From the NCBI GenBank assembly GCA_964606485.1, contig CAZSGP010000003.1, forward strand, positions 130,481 through 194,480: a DNA stretch of 64,000 bases, in the 5' to 3' direction. This document shows, piece by piece, positions 16,739-26,722 of this stretch. Both the position numbers and the translations under genes were made by a program. Position 1 is the first letter of the stretch. The number at the start of each line of letters is the position of its first letter. The stretch comes from an uncultured Planctomycetia bacterium (GTDB lineage: Bacteria; Omnitrophota; Gorgyraeia; 2-02-FULL-51-18). The notes beneath the pieces are model-generated. The model searched no databases. It saw nothing but the letters and a program-made list of their open reading frames with translations, and had not been told where the DNA came from.

Positions 16739-16912
16739 ATGCGTAAGAATACTCTGTTGTTTGTGGCTCTGTTCATTGTTGCGGCGGCGTTTTGTGCCAA
16801 CGCGTTTGCGGCGGATGGCGATACTTGCGCGCTCGGCGGTTTTTTTAATTCCGTGGGCGGCTTTTTGTACAACGCGCTTCCCTGGAACTGGGGAAATTGG
16901 TTCGGTAAATAA
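16739..16912 (+). CDS. Small secreted Gly/Trp-rich peptide (57 aa)
   Basis: AGGAGG ribosome-binding site and a signal peptide 'MRKNTLLFVALFIVAAAFCANAFA'. The mature ~30-aa peptide is 'ADGDTCALGGFFNSVGGFLYNALPWNWGNWFGK'. Confidence 0.5.
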   Translation: MRKNTLLFVALFIVAAAFCANAFAADGDTCALGGFFNSVGGFLYNALPWNWGNWFGK

Positions 16913-16983
16913 GCACGATCTTTTGTTTTGTTAAACGGGGGGCATGGGAAACCATGCTCCCCGTTTCCTTTCCTGTCTGATTT

Positions 16984-17574
16984 TTGGTAAAATACCCGCC
17001 TATGAATTTTTCTAAGACGAGTCTTCAGAACTATTTAAAACTTTTGGGATCTAGCGCTCCTGCACCCGGCGGCGGAAGCGGGGCAGCACTGGTCTCGGCA
17101 ACGGGTGTGGCGTTGGCGGAGATGGTGGCGGCGATCAACGAGAAAAAGCCGAAGGCGGTAGGCGGTAGGCAGAATTCGAAGGAGCTAAAAAAAATTAAGA
17201 ACAAACTTCTGTCGCTTGTGACCAAAGATGCCCAGGTGTTTGAAAAAATAAAAAAGGCGTTTGCGAAGGATCGTAATAGTGTGGAATACCAGAAAGCCTT
17301 GAAAATGGGGGCTGAGAGTCCGCTTGAGATTTGCGAGTGGTGTTTAAAGGCGGCGAAACTCGCGGTGCTCGAAAAAGAACGCACGAGCAAATGGTTGATC
17401 AGTGATTTGAAAGAGTCGCTCATCTTGCTTGAAGCAGGATACCGCTCGGCACGGCTGAATGTTGAAATTAATTTAAACGCAGTAACGGACCATCATTTTA
17501 AAAATAAAACGGCGGCACAACTTGAAAAAATTGGAAACGCTCTTCATGAATACCAAACAAGCCTCGCTGCTTGA
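16984..17574 (+). CDS. Methenyl-THF cyclohydrolase / formimino-THF cyclodeaminase-domain protein
   Basis: Motif 'SSAPAPGGGSGAALVSATGVALAEMV', typical of the FTCD C-terminal/FchA fold. The start may be at 17002. Confidence 0.75.
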   Translation: MVKYPPMNFSKTSLQNYLKLLGSSAPAPGGGSGAALVSATGVALAEMVAAINEKKPKAVGGRQNSKELKKIKNKLLSLVTKDAQVFEKIKKAFAKDRNSVEYQKALKMGAESPLEICEWCLKAAKLAVLEKERTSKWLISDLKESLILLEAGYRSARLNVEINLNAVTDHHFKNKTAAQLEKIGNALHEYQTSLAA

Positions 17575-18391
17575 TGGCTCGCGGATTGCCGCGAAACATC
17601 TAGAGTTGGCCAAGCAAAAAATTGCAGGGCTGTCGAATGCGGGAAAAAAGCTGACTCTCGGAACGATTCAGATCGGCCAATCCAAAGATGCGACGATTTA
17701 TTCGAATTATTTAAAAAGAATTTTAGGGGGCATTGGCATTCAGTACCAACCCGCGCTGCTGAGTGAAAACGCGATTGAAAAAGATGTGCTTGAGCAGATT
17801 CGAAAATTCAACCAAGACGCGGCGGTGACGGGGATTATGATTTTTGCGCCTCTGCCAAAACATTTGGATTCGACGGTTATTTTTGATCACATTTCTGCCG
17901 CCAAAGATGTGGAAGGCCGCACGTTTTTAAAAAGTCACTTCGGCGTGTTTTCGCCGACGGCGCATTCGGTGATGGCGCTGATTGATGAGACGGGCGTGGA
18001 TTTAAAAGGAAAAGAAGCGGTGGTGGTGGGCCACAGCGATCTCGTGGGGAAGCCCACGGCTGTGCTTTTGATGGACCGGTTTGCAACAGTGACGGTTTGT
18101 CACAAAGAAACTAAAGACCTGGCGTCTCATTTGGCCAAAGCGGATATCGTGGTGGTGGCGGTCGGAAAAGCGCATGTGATTAAAGGGGAGTGGATTAAGC
18201 CGGGGGCGGTCGTGATTGACGTGGGCGAGAACACGCTGGATGGAAAAATTGTGGGAGATGTGGAGTTTGAAACCGCACGGCAGCGAGCGGCGTTCATCAG
18301 CCCGGTTCCGGGGGGCGTTGGGCCTCTCACCAATGTGATGTTGATTTGCAATCTCATTCGAATGGCGGAAACAAAAAATGGAAACCGTTAA
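17546..18391 (+). CDS. folD: Bifunctional 5,10-methylene-THF dehydrogenase/methenyl-THF cyclohydrolase
   Basis: Motifs '[15 protein letters not shown]' and '[15 protein letters not shown]'. The start is taken at the internal ATG '[11 protein letters not shown]'. Confidence 0.85.
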   Translation: MNTKQASLLDGSRIAAKHLELAKQKIAGLSNAGKKLTLGTIQIGQSKDATIYSNYLKRILGGIGIQYQPALLSENAIEKDVLEQIRKFNQDAAVTGIMIFAPLPKHLDSTVIFDHISAAKDVEGRTFLKSHFGVFSPTAHSVMALIDETGVDLKGKEAVVVGHSDLVGKPTAVLLMDRFATVTVCHKETKDLASHLAKADIVVVAVGKAHVIKGEWIKPGAVVIDVGENTLDGKIVGDVEFETARQRAAFISPVPGGVGPLTNVMLICNLIRMAETKNGNR

Positions 18392-21119
18392 AGAAACAAT
18401 TCAAGACCCGTCGCACAATATCTGGGGCTCTCCCGCAGGAGAGCTAGACGCTTTTTTTAAACCAAAAGTAGTGGCGGTGATTGGTGCGACCGAAAAAGAA
18501 CACAGTGTCGGTCGCACGATTTTATCGAATTTACTCAAAACCCCGTTTGGTGGAACCGTTTTTCCGGTAAATCCCAATCGCACGAGCGTTCTAGGGATTC
18601 AATCCTTTCCGAGCATTAGCCGCTTGCCGCTCAAGCCTGATTTAGCGGTGATTGTAACTCCCGCTAAAACTGTGCCGGGTGTGGTGGCCGAGTGTGTGCA
18701 GGCTGGAATCAAAAACGCAATCATCATATCTGCCGGATTCAAAGAGCTTGGAGCGCCGGGCATTGCGCTTGAACAAGAAATTTTAAAAATTGCCGGTGGA
18801 AAAATGCGCATCATCGGCCCGAACTGCTTAGGCGTGATGAGCCCTGTGACGGGACTGAACGCGACCTTTGCAAGCCGGATGGCGCTGCCGGGACGTGTGG
18901 CGTTCATTAGCCAAAGTGGAGCGCTCTGCACGTCGGTGCTCGACTGGAGCATTGAAGAAAAAGTGGGTTTTAGTTTTTTTGCGTCGATCGGCTCGATGCT
19001 CGACGTGGACTGGGGTGATCTCATCAATTATCTCGGCGATGACCCGAAAACAAAAAGCATTTTGATTTACATGGAAACCGTTGGCGACGCTCGCGCATTT
19101 TTGTCGGCGGCGCGCGAAGTAGCTCTCACCAAACCCATTATTGTTTTAAAACCCGGACGCAGTGACGCGGCGATGAAAGCGGCGGCGTCTCACACGGGTT
19201 CGATTGCGGGGAGTGACCGGGTGTTGGACGCAGCGTTTCGCCGGTGCGGCGTGTTGCGTGTGAATGAAATTCGCGATTTGTTTAACGTGGCTGAAATTTT
19301 AGCCAAGCAACCAGCCCCCAATGGGCCGAGACTCACGATTTTAACGAATGCCGGCGGACCCGGAGTGCTTGCAACGGACGCCTTGATTCAATACGGCGGA
19401 AAGCTTGCCGCTCTTAGCGATAAAGCGCAGGCGGAACTGAACGCATTTTTGCCGGAACACTGGAGTCACGCTAACCCGGTGGACATCTTGGGAGACGCGG
19501 ACCCGGAACGATTTGCAAAAGCGCTTTCGGTGCTTGTGAATGATTCGGAAACCGACGGACTTTTGGTGGTGCTCACGCCTCAAGCGATGACGGACCCGAC
19601 GGTCACAGCGGAAAAACTAGCGGAAACCGCCAAAAAAAGCGACAAGCCTGTTTTGGCAAGCTGGATGGGCGAAGACGATGTGTTGCGCGGTCGAAAAGTT
19701 TTACGCAAAGCGGGGATTCCTGATTTTCCGTACCCTGACGAAGCGGCGAAATTGTACGACTACATGTGGCAATACAAAGACAATCTGCGCTCGCTTTACG
19801 AAACGCCGGTACTTCCCAAAACGTGTAGGCTTGATAATCAAAAAATTGCGCAGTCGGCGGATGAAATATTGTCTCGTGTGCGCAAAGACAAACGAACGAT
19901 TTTAACCGAAGACGAATCAAAAACCATTTTGTCCTCCTACGGCATACCGGTGACAGAAACTTTGATCGCCGAGAGCGCGGAAAAAGCGGTTGAGGCTGCT
20001 AAGAAAATCGGTTTCCCGGTGGTTCTAAAGCTTAATTCGCATGTGATCACGCACAAAACCGATGTGGGCGGCGTGGTTTTAAATTTAAACACCGACGCGC
20101 AGGTCAAAGCGGCGTTTGTGGAGATTGAAAAAAGGGCGGAAGCCAAACAAAAAGGCGCGTTTGGCGGAGTGAGTGTGCAGCCGATGATTACCGAAAAAGG
20201 ATTTGAACTTATTTTGGGCAGCAGTGTGGACGCGCAGTTTGGTCCGGTGATTTTGTTTGGAGCGGGCGGGATAGCGGTTGAAGTGTTTAAAGACTTTGAA
20301 CTGGGACTTCCGCCGCTCAACACAACGCTTGCGCGGCGAATGATTGAGCGCACAAAAATTTCAAAAGTGCTGGGCGGATTTCGAGGGGAAGCGCCAATTA
20401 ATCAAGAGCTCGTCGAAGAAATCATGGTGCGGTTTAGCCAGCTTGTGGCCGAACAAGCGTGGATTAAAGAAATTGATGTGAACCCGCTTTTTGTGTCGTC
20501 CAAGCGCTGTGTGGCGCTGGATGCACGCATTGTTCTGCACGAACCCGGAACGGCGGAAAAAAATTTATCGAAGCCGGCGATTCGTCCGTACCCGATTGAG
20601 TACATTCAAAGTTTAGAGCTTAAAAACGGGCAAAAAGCGTCGGTGCGGCCGATTCGCCCGGAAGATGAGCCGATGCTGGTGCAATTTCACAAAGCGCTTT
20701 CGGAAAAAAGCGTGCAGACGCGTTACATGGGCGTGATGAGTTTGGACCGGCGCATTGCGCACGAGAGACTGGTGCGCGTGTGTTTCAATGACTACGACCG
20801 CGACTTGGCGCTCGTGGTGGATGTGGCGAACGAAAAAACCAAGGATCATGAAATAGTGGCGATTGCGCGGCTTTCGATTGACCCGCTGACGCGCGAAGCC
20901 GAATACTCGATGATTGTGAGCGACTCGCACCAAGGCCAGGGTTTAGGCAGTAAGCTCGCTGCACTTTCGATGGAAATCGCCCGAAAAGAAAATTTAAAAA
21001 AAGTGTGGGCCGAAATGCTGACCGAAAACGTGGCGATGCGGAAAATTTTACAGAAACTGAAATTTAAAATACGCGAAGATTTAAAAGACGGACTCGTGAA
21101 GGCGGTTTTTGAAAAATGA
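18378..21119 (+). CDS. Pat-like protein: NDP-forming acyl-CoA synthetase (alpha+beta fused) with a C-terminal GNAT acetyltransferase
   Basis: CoA-binding N-terminus '[16 protein letters not shown]', then succinyl-CoA-synthetase-like and ATP-grasp regions. The C-terminal GNAT carries '[10 protein letters not shown]'. Length 913 aa. Confidence 0.8.
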   Translation: METVKETIQDPSHNIWGSPAGELDAFFKPKVVAVIGATEKEHSVGRTILSNLLKTPFGGTVFPVNPNRTSVLGIQSFPSISRLPLKPDLAVIVTPAKTVPGVVAECVQAGIKNAIIISAGFKELGAPGIALEQEILKIAGGKMRIIGPNCLGVMSPVTGLNATFASRMALPGRVAFISQSGALCTSVLDWSIEEKVGFSFFASIGSMLDVDWGDLINYLGDDPKTKSILIYMETVGDARAFLSAAREVALTKPIIVLKPGRSDAAMKAAASHTGSIAGSDRVLDAAFRRCGVLRVNEIRDLFNVAEILAKQPAPNGPRLTILTNAGGPGVLATDALIQYGGKLAALSDKAQAELNAFLPEHWSHANPVDILGDADPERFAKALSVLVNDSETDGLLVVLTPQAMTDPTVTAEKLAETAKKSDKPVLASWMGEDDVLRGRKVLRKAGIPDFPYPDEAAKLYDYMWQYKDNLRSLYETPVLPKTCRLDNQKIAQSADEILSRVRKDKRTILTEDESKTILSSYGIPVTETLIAESAEKAVEAAKKIGFPVVLKLNSHVITHKTDVGGVVLNLNTDAQVKAAFVEIEKRAEAKQKGAFGGVSVQPMITEKGFELILGSSVDAQFGPVILFGAGGIAVEVFKDFELGLPPLNTTLARRMIERTKISKVLGGFRGEAPINQELVEEIMVRFSQLVAEQAWIKEIDVNPLFVSSKRCVALDARIVLHEPGTAEKNLSKPAIRPYPIEYIQSLELKNGQKASVRPIRPEDEPMLVQFHKALSEKSVQTRYMGVMSLDRRIAHERLVRVCFNDYDRDLALVVDVANEKTKDHEIVAIARLSIDPLTREAEYSMIVSDSHQGQGLGSKLAALSMEIARKENLKKVWAEMLTENVAMRKILQKLKFKIREDLKDGLVKAVFEK

Positions 21120-21916
21120 AACCTAAAAAAACGGTAATCCTAACCTGTTACGACGCGCCAACTGCGGAAATTTTGGAGCGGATGGGTGTGGACATGTTGC
21201 TTGTGGGAGATTCGGTGGGGATGGTGCTCTTGGGTTACCCCACGACTGAGCCTGTGACGATGGACGAGATGATTCACCACGCCAAAGCCGTGCGGCGCGG
21301 GGCGCCCAAGGCACATGTGATTGGCGACTTGCCGCTACGCGGAGTCAATCATGGGGTGAAACATGCCGTTGAGTCGGCAAAGCGTTTTTTAAAAGAGGCG
21401 CGCTGCAATTCGGTGAAAATGGAATGGCGTGAGGATGCGCCCGAAATCGCCCGCGCGTTCCGGAAAAATAAAATTCCACTCATGGGCCACGTGGGTTTGA
21501 CGCCACAGACACTAGGCACGGCAAAATTTGGAGTGCGGGGCGCTACGGCTGAAGGCGCCAAGGAAGTGCTGAGACAGGCGCTGGCGTTTCAAGAAAATGG
21601 CGCGTACGCAGTGCTTCTTGAGTGCGTACCAGCCAAAGTAAGCCGCGTGATTAGCGAGACTTTAAAAATACCGACGATTGGAATTGGTTCGGGGCCGGAC
21701 TGCGCGGGGCAGGTGCTGGTCTTTCATGACATTGTAGGGATTTTCCGGAAATTTAAACCGCGATTTGCCAAACGCTACGCGAAACTTGGCGTTCAAATGG
21801 ACCGGGCGGTTGAAAAATTTTCAAGCGAGGTGCGCGAAGGAAAGTTCCCAAGCCGTAAATATGAATTTAAAATCGATCCGGTGGAATTTAAAAATTTTCA
21901 AAGGGACCTACCATGA
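21116..21916 (+). CDS. panB: 3-methyl-2-oxobutanoate hydroxymethyltransferase
   Basis: Motifs '[29 protein letters not shown]' and 'GHVGLTPQ'. Confidence 0.9.
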   Translation: MKPKKTVILTCYDAPTAEILERMGVDMLLVGDSVGMVLLGYPTTEPVTMDEMIHHAKAVRRGAPKAHVIGDLPLRGVNHGVKHAVESAKRFLKEARCNSVKMEWREDAPEIARAFRKNKIPLMGHVGLTPQTLGTAKFGVRGATAEGAKEVLRQALAFQENGAYAVLLECVPAKVSRVISETLKIPTIGIGSGPDCAGQVLVFHDIVGIFRKFKPRFAKRYAKLGVQMDRAVEKFSSEVREGKFPSRKYEFKIDPVEFKNFQRDLP

Positions 21917-22737
21917 CAATTTATGATTATGGATTTTTAGGTTCGTGCGCGTTTTACTTTCTCTGCTTGTGCGCTACTTTTTTGAACTTTGAGTTAAAGA
22001 ACGACCTCGTTTCAATCTGGGGCCGGCGATTTTTGTGGGCAGGATTCATTGCTCAAAGCGCCTGGTTTTCGTTTCGCTGTATGCACGGACACTCTCCGCG
22101 CCTTGCGACGCTGTCGGGCGAGCTCTACATCACGTCATTTTTGATCGTGCTCGCCACGCTTTTCATGGAATGGCGTTTTAAGACCTGGTTTTTGACTCTT
22201 TTTTCCATGCCGCTGTCGCTCGCGCTTCTTTTTACGGGGATTTTGTTGTCCGACAGAGCGCAAAGCGTTTCGCCGGAGCTTCGCGAGAAATGGATTATCG
22301 TGCACGCCACGCTCATCTTGACGGGCTTTGCGGCGCTCGTGATATCGGCGGCGAGTGCGGCGATGTACTTGCTGCAGGCGAAGCAGCTGAAGTCGAAGCA
22401 CCTCGGAAGAATTTTTTCCAAATTACCGTCGCTTTCAAAGCTTGATCGGATGCATTTTTTGACACTATTTTTTGGAGTGGTGTTTTTTACGGCCGGAATT
22501 TTAGGCGGATTTTTGAGAGCGGGGCAACTGAAAGGCTTATCTAATCTTTTGGCGGACCCGAAAGTGCTGCTCTCGATCTGGACCTGCTTTTTGTACTGGG
22601 TGGTGCTCGGTGTGCGCTTAAGCACGCTTCGCAAGGAACAAAAAATTGCGATGAGCACGGTAGCGCTTTGCATTTTTTTGGTTTTGACGCTGGTGAGTGA
22701 GCTTGGCTCGCGCGGCGGGTTTCATAAAGGGATTTAG
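21913..22737 (+). CDS. CcsA/HemX-like cytochrome c assembly-family membrane protein
   Basis: Polytopic membrane protein immediately upstream of hemA, as hemX is in hemAXCDBL operons. The W-rich motif is only weakly visible. Confidence 0.55.
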   Translation: MTIYDYGFLGSCAFYFLCLCATFLNFELKNDLVSIWGRRFLWAGFIAQSAWFSFRCMHGHSPRLATLSGELYITSFLIVLATLFMEWRFKTWFLTLFSMPLSLALLFTGILLSDRAQSVSPELREKWIIVHATLILTGFAALVISAASAAMYLLQAKQLKSKHLGRIFSKLPSLSKLDRMHFLTLFFGVVFFTAGILGGFLRAGQLKGLSNLLADPKVLLSIWTCFLYWVVLGVRLSTLRKEQKIAMSTVALCIFLVLTLVSELGSRGGFHKGI

Positions 22738-22739
22738 TG

Positions 22740-23783
22740 ATGCGCGTTTCGGTTTTAGGGCTTAATTTTAAAACAGCGTCCGTAGACATACGGGAGCGGC
22801 TCTCTGTGCCCGCGCATAAAATGCCGGAACTTTTTAAGAGGCTCGAAGAAAAAAAGATTTTTGACGAGCGTTTGGTGCTTTCAACCTGCAACCGCACGGA
22901 AATTTACGGCGTGGACGCAAACGGAAAGTCGTCGGTCGAAGAGACAAAAGCATTTTTATGCGAATACTCGTCGCTGTCGAAGGCGGAGATTGACCACGCG
23001 CTCTATGTGCTGGACGGACCACAATCGGTGGATCACTTGTTTCGCGTGGCGTCGGGCCTCGACTCCATGATCATTGGGGAAACAGAAATTACGGGACAGG
23101 TGAAGAACGCGTATAAATTAGCCCAGGAACATCACCAGACCGGGAAAGTGTTGAATCATTTATTTCAAAAATCGTTGAAAGTTGCCAAAGACTTGCGCAC
23201 GAAGACAGAAATAGGCGCGGGGCGCGTGAGTGTAGCGTCGGTGGCGGTGGATTTGGCGGAGAAAATATTTGAAGATTTGAAAAATTCGCGCGTGATGGTG
23301 GTGGGAACCGGTGAAATGTCGACCCAAGTGGCGAAGGCGCTGATTTCCAAAGAAGCAAAGGCAGTGATTGTGTCGAGCCGGCATTTTGAACGCGCAAAAG
23401 AGCTCGCCAAAGAGTTGGGTGGCGAGGCGCTGGATTTTCGGGAATTTGAAGCACATGCGCCGGCGGCGGACATCATTGTGACGGCCACCGAAGCGCCGTG
23501 TTCCTTGATACGCGAAGAGCATGGGCGGGCGTGGATGAAAATGCGGCGCGAGCGGCCTTTGTTTTTAATTGATATTGCCGTACCCAGAAACATAGATCCA
23601 GCGATCAACGAGCTGGATGGTGTGTTTTTGTACAACATTGATGACCTGCAAAATATTTCCAATAAAAATTTGGCAATTCGGGAAAGTCATCTGGAGAAAT
23701 GCATGGAGATGGTGTCGGTGCAGACGGCGCATTGCATGAGCTGGATTAAAAAAGAATTTGGCGGGGCAAGTCATGGCGCCTAA
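22740..23783 (+). CDS. hemA: Glutamyl-tRNA reductase
   Basis: Motif 'LSTCNRTEIYG' and an NADPH-binding 'VVGTGEMS' segment. Confidence 0.9.
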   Translation: MRVSVLGLNFKTASVDIRERLSVPAHKMPELFKRLEEKKIFDERLVLSTCNRTEIYGVDANGKSSVEETKAFLCEYSSLSKAEIDHALYVLDGPQSVDHLFRVASGLDSMIIGETEITGQVKNAYKLAQEHHQTGKVLNHLFQKSLKVAKDLRTKTEIGAGRVSVASVAVDLAEKIFEDLKNSRVMVVGTGEMSTQVAKALISKEAKAVIVSSRHFERAKELAKELGGEALDFREFEAHAPAADIIVTATEAPCSLIREEHGRAWMKMRRERPLFLIDIAVPRNIDPAINELDGVFLYNIDDLQNISNKNLAIRESHLEKCMEMVSVQTAHCMSWIKKEFGGASHGA

Positions 23784-24774
23784 AAAAATCATACGGATTG
23801 GATCGCGGGGAAGCTTGCTTGCGCTCGCGCAAAGTAAAAATATTTTAAAAATACTTCAAAAAAAGTTTAAACAGTACCGATTTAAACTGGTGATCATTAA
23901 AACAACCGGTGATGAATTTCAGAGCGTTGAGCTTTTTAAGACGGCGAATATTGGTGTTTTTACGAAAGAATTGGAAAAAAAGCTGCTGGCTAGACAGATT
24001 GATATTGCGGTGCATAGCCTAAAAGACTTGCCGACTAATCTAGCGCCAGGGCTCGTGCTTGGCGGCTACCCGAAGCGCGAAGATTCACGCGATGTGCTGG
24101 TCACGAAAAAAAATTATACGCTTAAAACCATTCCTGAAGGCGGCGTCGTGGGGACGGGGAGTTTGCGGCGGCAAAGGCAGATTAAACTCGTGCGGCCGGA
24201 TTTAAATGTGGTGGCGATTCGTGGGAATTTGAATACGCGGATTCTGAATGTGATCCGCGAAAATCAGTACCACGGGGTCGTGGTCGCGCGCGCGGGTCTC
24301 GTGCGGGTTAAAAAATATTTGAAATACGCATGGCCGATCCCGCCAAAAATTATGATGACGGCGGTAGCGCAGGCAGTGCTCGGAGTGCAGGTGCGCGCAG
24401 AGGATGAAGTCAGCTTAAAAATGGCGCAGAGCTTGAATCACAAGCCGACCGAACTTGCGGCGAGAATCGAGAGACACTTCTTAAACGCGCTCGAAGGCGG
24501 TTGCCGCGTGCCGGTAGGGGTCGAGACAAAGATTAGTGGAAAAAATATTTCGCTCAAGGCCGCGGTGTTTTCGGTGAAGACGAAGGCGGTGATTCGGGGG
24601 GAGATTAAGGGATCTGCTGAGAAATTGGAAGTGTTGGCTGAGACGCTAGCAAAGCAAATGCTTAAAAAAGGGGCGGACGGGTTTTTGAAGGAAGCTAGGG
24701 AAGGCGTTGCCACTCAAGAACACAGGTTCGGCAGGGAAGTGTGGGGAAAACCCATGGGGCGAGAAGTTTGGTGA
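23773..24774 (+). CDS. hemC: Porphobilinogen deaminase (hydroxymethylbilane synthase)
   Basis: 'IRIGSRGSLLALAQS' N-terminus. The annotated 3' end and stop lie inside a 33-bp direct repeat, so the C-terminal ~15 aa are repeat-encoded. Confidence 0.85.
   Translation: MAPKKIIRIGSRGSLLALAQSKNILKILQKKFKQYRFKLVIIKTTGDEFQSVELFKTANIGVFTKELEKKLLARQIDIAVHSLKDLPTNLAPGLVLGGYPKREDSRDVLVTKKNYTLKTIPEGGVVGTGSLRRQRQIKLVRPDLNVVAIRGNLNTRILNVIRENQYHGVVVARAGLVRVKKYLKYAWPIPPKIMMTAVAQAVLGVQVRAEDEVSLKMAQSLNHKPTELAARIERHFLNALEGGCRVPVGVETKISGKNISLKAAVFSVKTKAVIRGEIKGSAEKLEVLAETLAKQMLKKGADGFLKEAREGVATQEHRFGREVWGKPMGREVW
24742..24774. repeat. Direct repeat copy 1 (TGGGGAAAACCCATGGGGCGAGAAGTTTGGTGA) at the 3' end of hemC
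   Basis: Repeated at 26111..26142 with a single 1-nt indel. Confidence 0.9.
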
Positions 24775-24780
24775 TATCGA

Positions 24781-25503
24781 ATGTTGGGGATTGACCCAAT
24801 GAGAAGAGCGTTCCCATTTCTGCTTATCGGAATCGCTTATTGTTTGGTGCGCGGTTGGGTTTACTCGGTTTTGCCGGTTCGAACTTTTGAAGATTGGTTC
24901 TGGCGGGATACGTGGATGAATTTTCCGCGAATTGTCGGAGCTGTTTTGTGTTTATGGTTCGGCTTGAAGTTTTGGGGTCGAAAAAATTTCGGGTTTCACT
25001 CAAGCTCACTGCTTGCGGCACTAATTGCCGGGGCGATTTGTGTGGGGGATATTTTTTCGAGAACCCTCTACCCAATTCAGTGTAAGATTCTCCTGAATAT
25101 TGGACTTGTGATTTTTATAGGCAGTAGCCTGTGTGTGGCTTTATTTGAAGAGCTCCTTTTTCGGGGAGGGTTGCTACAATCACTTAAAGAGCGGCACGGG
25201 AATTTTATTGCGATTTGGATTTCGTCGTTTTTATTTACAATTTTTCATATTCAGGCCCAAGAGTTTCATGGTTGGCCATTTATTTTTATGAGCGGGCTCT
25301 TTTGGGCCGGATTAAGAATTTACCAAAGGGTTTCGCTGGTGTGGTTGATTGTTATTCATTGGGTGGTGGATGTGGTGTGGATTTTCAGACAGACTCCAGA
25401 ATATTTTATGGGGTACTCGCTCTATTCTTTGAGGGTTTTGGCGTGGGTCGTTGTTTTGGGGGCCTACTACTTGTGGGTGTGGAGGCGTAGGGCAATTTCA
25501 TGA
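24781..25503 (+). CDS. CPBP-family (CAAX protease/Abi) intramembrane metalloprotease
   Basis: Motifs 'EELLFRG' and 'FxxxH' ('FLFTIFHIQ') in a polytopic membrane protein. Confidence 0.75.
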   Translation: MLGIDPMRRAFPFLLIGIAYCLVRGWVYSVLPVRTFEDWFWRDTWMNFPRIVGAVLCLWFGLKFWGRKNFGFHSSSLLAALIAGAICVGDIFSRTLYPIQCKILLNIGLVIFIGSSLCVALFEELLFRGGLLQSLKERHGNFIAIWISSFLFTIFHIQAQEFHGWPFIFMSGLFWAGLRIYQRVSLVWLIVIHWVVDVVWIFRQTPEYFMGYSLYSLRVLAWVVVLGAYYLWVWRRRAIS

Positions 25504-25602
25504 TGCGAGCGAAGGTTTATTTGGTAGGGGCGCACCTTATTTTAGAGCAGGCGTTGAAATTATAACGTTATAATGTTATAATGTTACTCATGGAGAGCAG
25601 AC

Positions 25603-25827
25603 ATGACAAAAGCCACGACTGTTTATATTGATAACCGCCTTTTGCAGGCGGCGAAGCTTAAAGCGATTCAGGTGCATCAGAGCGTTTCGCATCTCATTAA
25701 CGATGCCTTGCGAATGGCTCTAAAAGAAGATGCGATGGATTTAGAAGCGATCCGTAAGCGTAAAAAGGAACCGACTATTTCGTTTGAAGCCGCACTCAAA
25801 GACCTAGAGAAGAATGGCCTCTTATAA
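25603..25827 (+). CDS. Type II antitoxin (RHH/ParD-like)
   Basis: 74 aa, directly upstream of and overlapping a RelE/ParE toxin gene. Confidence 0.6.
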   Translation: MTKATTVYIDNRLLQAAKLKAIQVHQSVSHLINDALRMALKEDAMDLEAIRKRKKEPTISFEAALKDLEKNGLL

Positions 25828-26074
25828 ACTGTCTCTAAAAGTTTCGGCGCAAAAAGAGCTTAAGAAAATTCATAAACCGCTTATCGCGCAGATCGTCAAA
25901 CGCATTCAGGCGTTGGCGGCTGATCCGCGTCCGCATAACTGCCAGATGCTTAATCAGGATGAGGGGTATTTCCGTGTGCGTCAGGGGGATTACCGGATTA
26001 TTTATGAAATTGATGATGAGGCGGGGCTCGTTGTGATTCTTAAAATCGGCCATCGCAGTGATGTTTATAAATAG
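25814..26074 (+). CDS. Type II toxin, RelE/ParE family
   Basis: 'YRIIYEIDDEAGLVVILKIGHRSDVY' C-terminus. Confidence 0.8.
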   Translation: MASYKLSLKVSAQKELKKIHKPLIAQIVKRIQALAADPRPHNCQMLNQDEGYFRVRQGDYRIIYEIDDEAGLVVILKIGHRSDVYK

Positions 26075-26110
26075 AAAATTGGGTCTAGTTTAAATGAAAT
26101 CAAAAGTTTA

Positions 26111-26142
26111 TGGGGAAACCCATGGGGCGAGAAGTTTGGTGA
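26111..26142. repeat. Direct repeat copy 2
   Basis: 32/33 identical to 24742..24774. This copy is intergenic. Confidence 0.9.
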
Positions 26143-26216
26143 GTATTCCTTTGACTGGTCTTGAAATAACCCTTCAATTATACTATAATACTACTATATT
26201 AAATTAGGGGGTTTGG

Positions 26217-26459
26217 ATGCACAACAAGGCACATATCAATATTACTTTGGATGCCGCGATTTTAAACTGGATTGACCGGTTACGCGGACAAAAGCCAAGA
26301 TCAACGTTTATTAATTCTATCTTGGATCAATTCTGCGAAAAAGAGCAGGCTGTTTTTGATTGGGCTCATGAAGGCAAGAAAGCGGATGAGGACATCCAAA
26401 AGGGCCGGGTTCATAAATTTACGGATTCCAAGAAAGCGGCTAAGTGGCTAAAGAGTTAG
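26217..26459 (+). CDS. Type II antitoxin (RHH/CopG-like)
   Basis: 'INITLDAAILNWIDRL' ribbon-helix-helix-like N-terminus. It overlaps the downstream toxin. Confidence 0.55.
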   Translation: MHNKAHINITLDAAILNWIDRLRGQKPRSTFINSILDQFCEKEQAVFDWAHEGKKADEDIQKGRVHKFTDSKKAAKWLKS

Positions 26460-26713
26460 TCTACACGGCAACTTTTAAGGAAAACTATCAGCGCCTGCCC
26501 AAAAAAATACAAGAAACCTTTGATCGGAAGCAGGAGTTGTTTCTGAAAGATCCAAAGCACCCCTCATTAAATATTCACCGATACCATGGGAAAGACGGCG
26601 TGTGGGAGGCTTATGTGAACGAAAAATACCGCTTCACTTTTGCGGTAACGGAAAACAGTCTTATTTTTCGTAATATCGGTTCTCATGGAATAATTGACAA
26701 GGGAAAGGTTTGA
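26444..26713 (+). CDS. Type II toxin, RelE/ParE (YafQ-like) family
   Basis: 'LPKKIQETF...DPKHPSLNIHRYHGKDGVWEAYVNEKYRFTF' matches the RelE/YafQ pattern. Confidence 0.65.
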   Translation: MAKELVYTATFKENYQRLPKKIQETFDRKQELFLKDPKHPSLNIHRYHGKDGVWEAYVNEKYRFTFAVTENSLIFRNIGSHGIIDKGKV

Positions 26714-26722
26714 AATAATCGC

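Noticed and set aside
18868-20933. Multiple internal ORFs (for example 19937-20353 and 20613-20933, minus strand) within the Pat-like gene
   Set aside because: All are embedded in a continuous 913-aa CDS with coherent domain architecture. They have no independent support.
23758-24774. Extended HemC C-terminus ('...GREVWGKPMGREVW') as a genuine extra domain
   Set aside because: The tail is encoded by a 33-bp sequence that recurs intergenically at 26111. It is a repeat/att-derived read-through, not a conserved domain.
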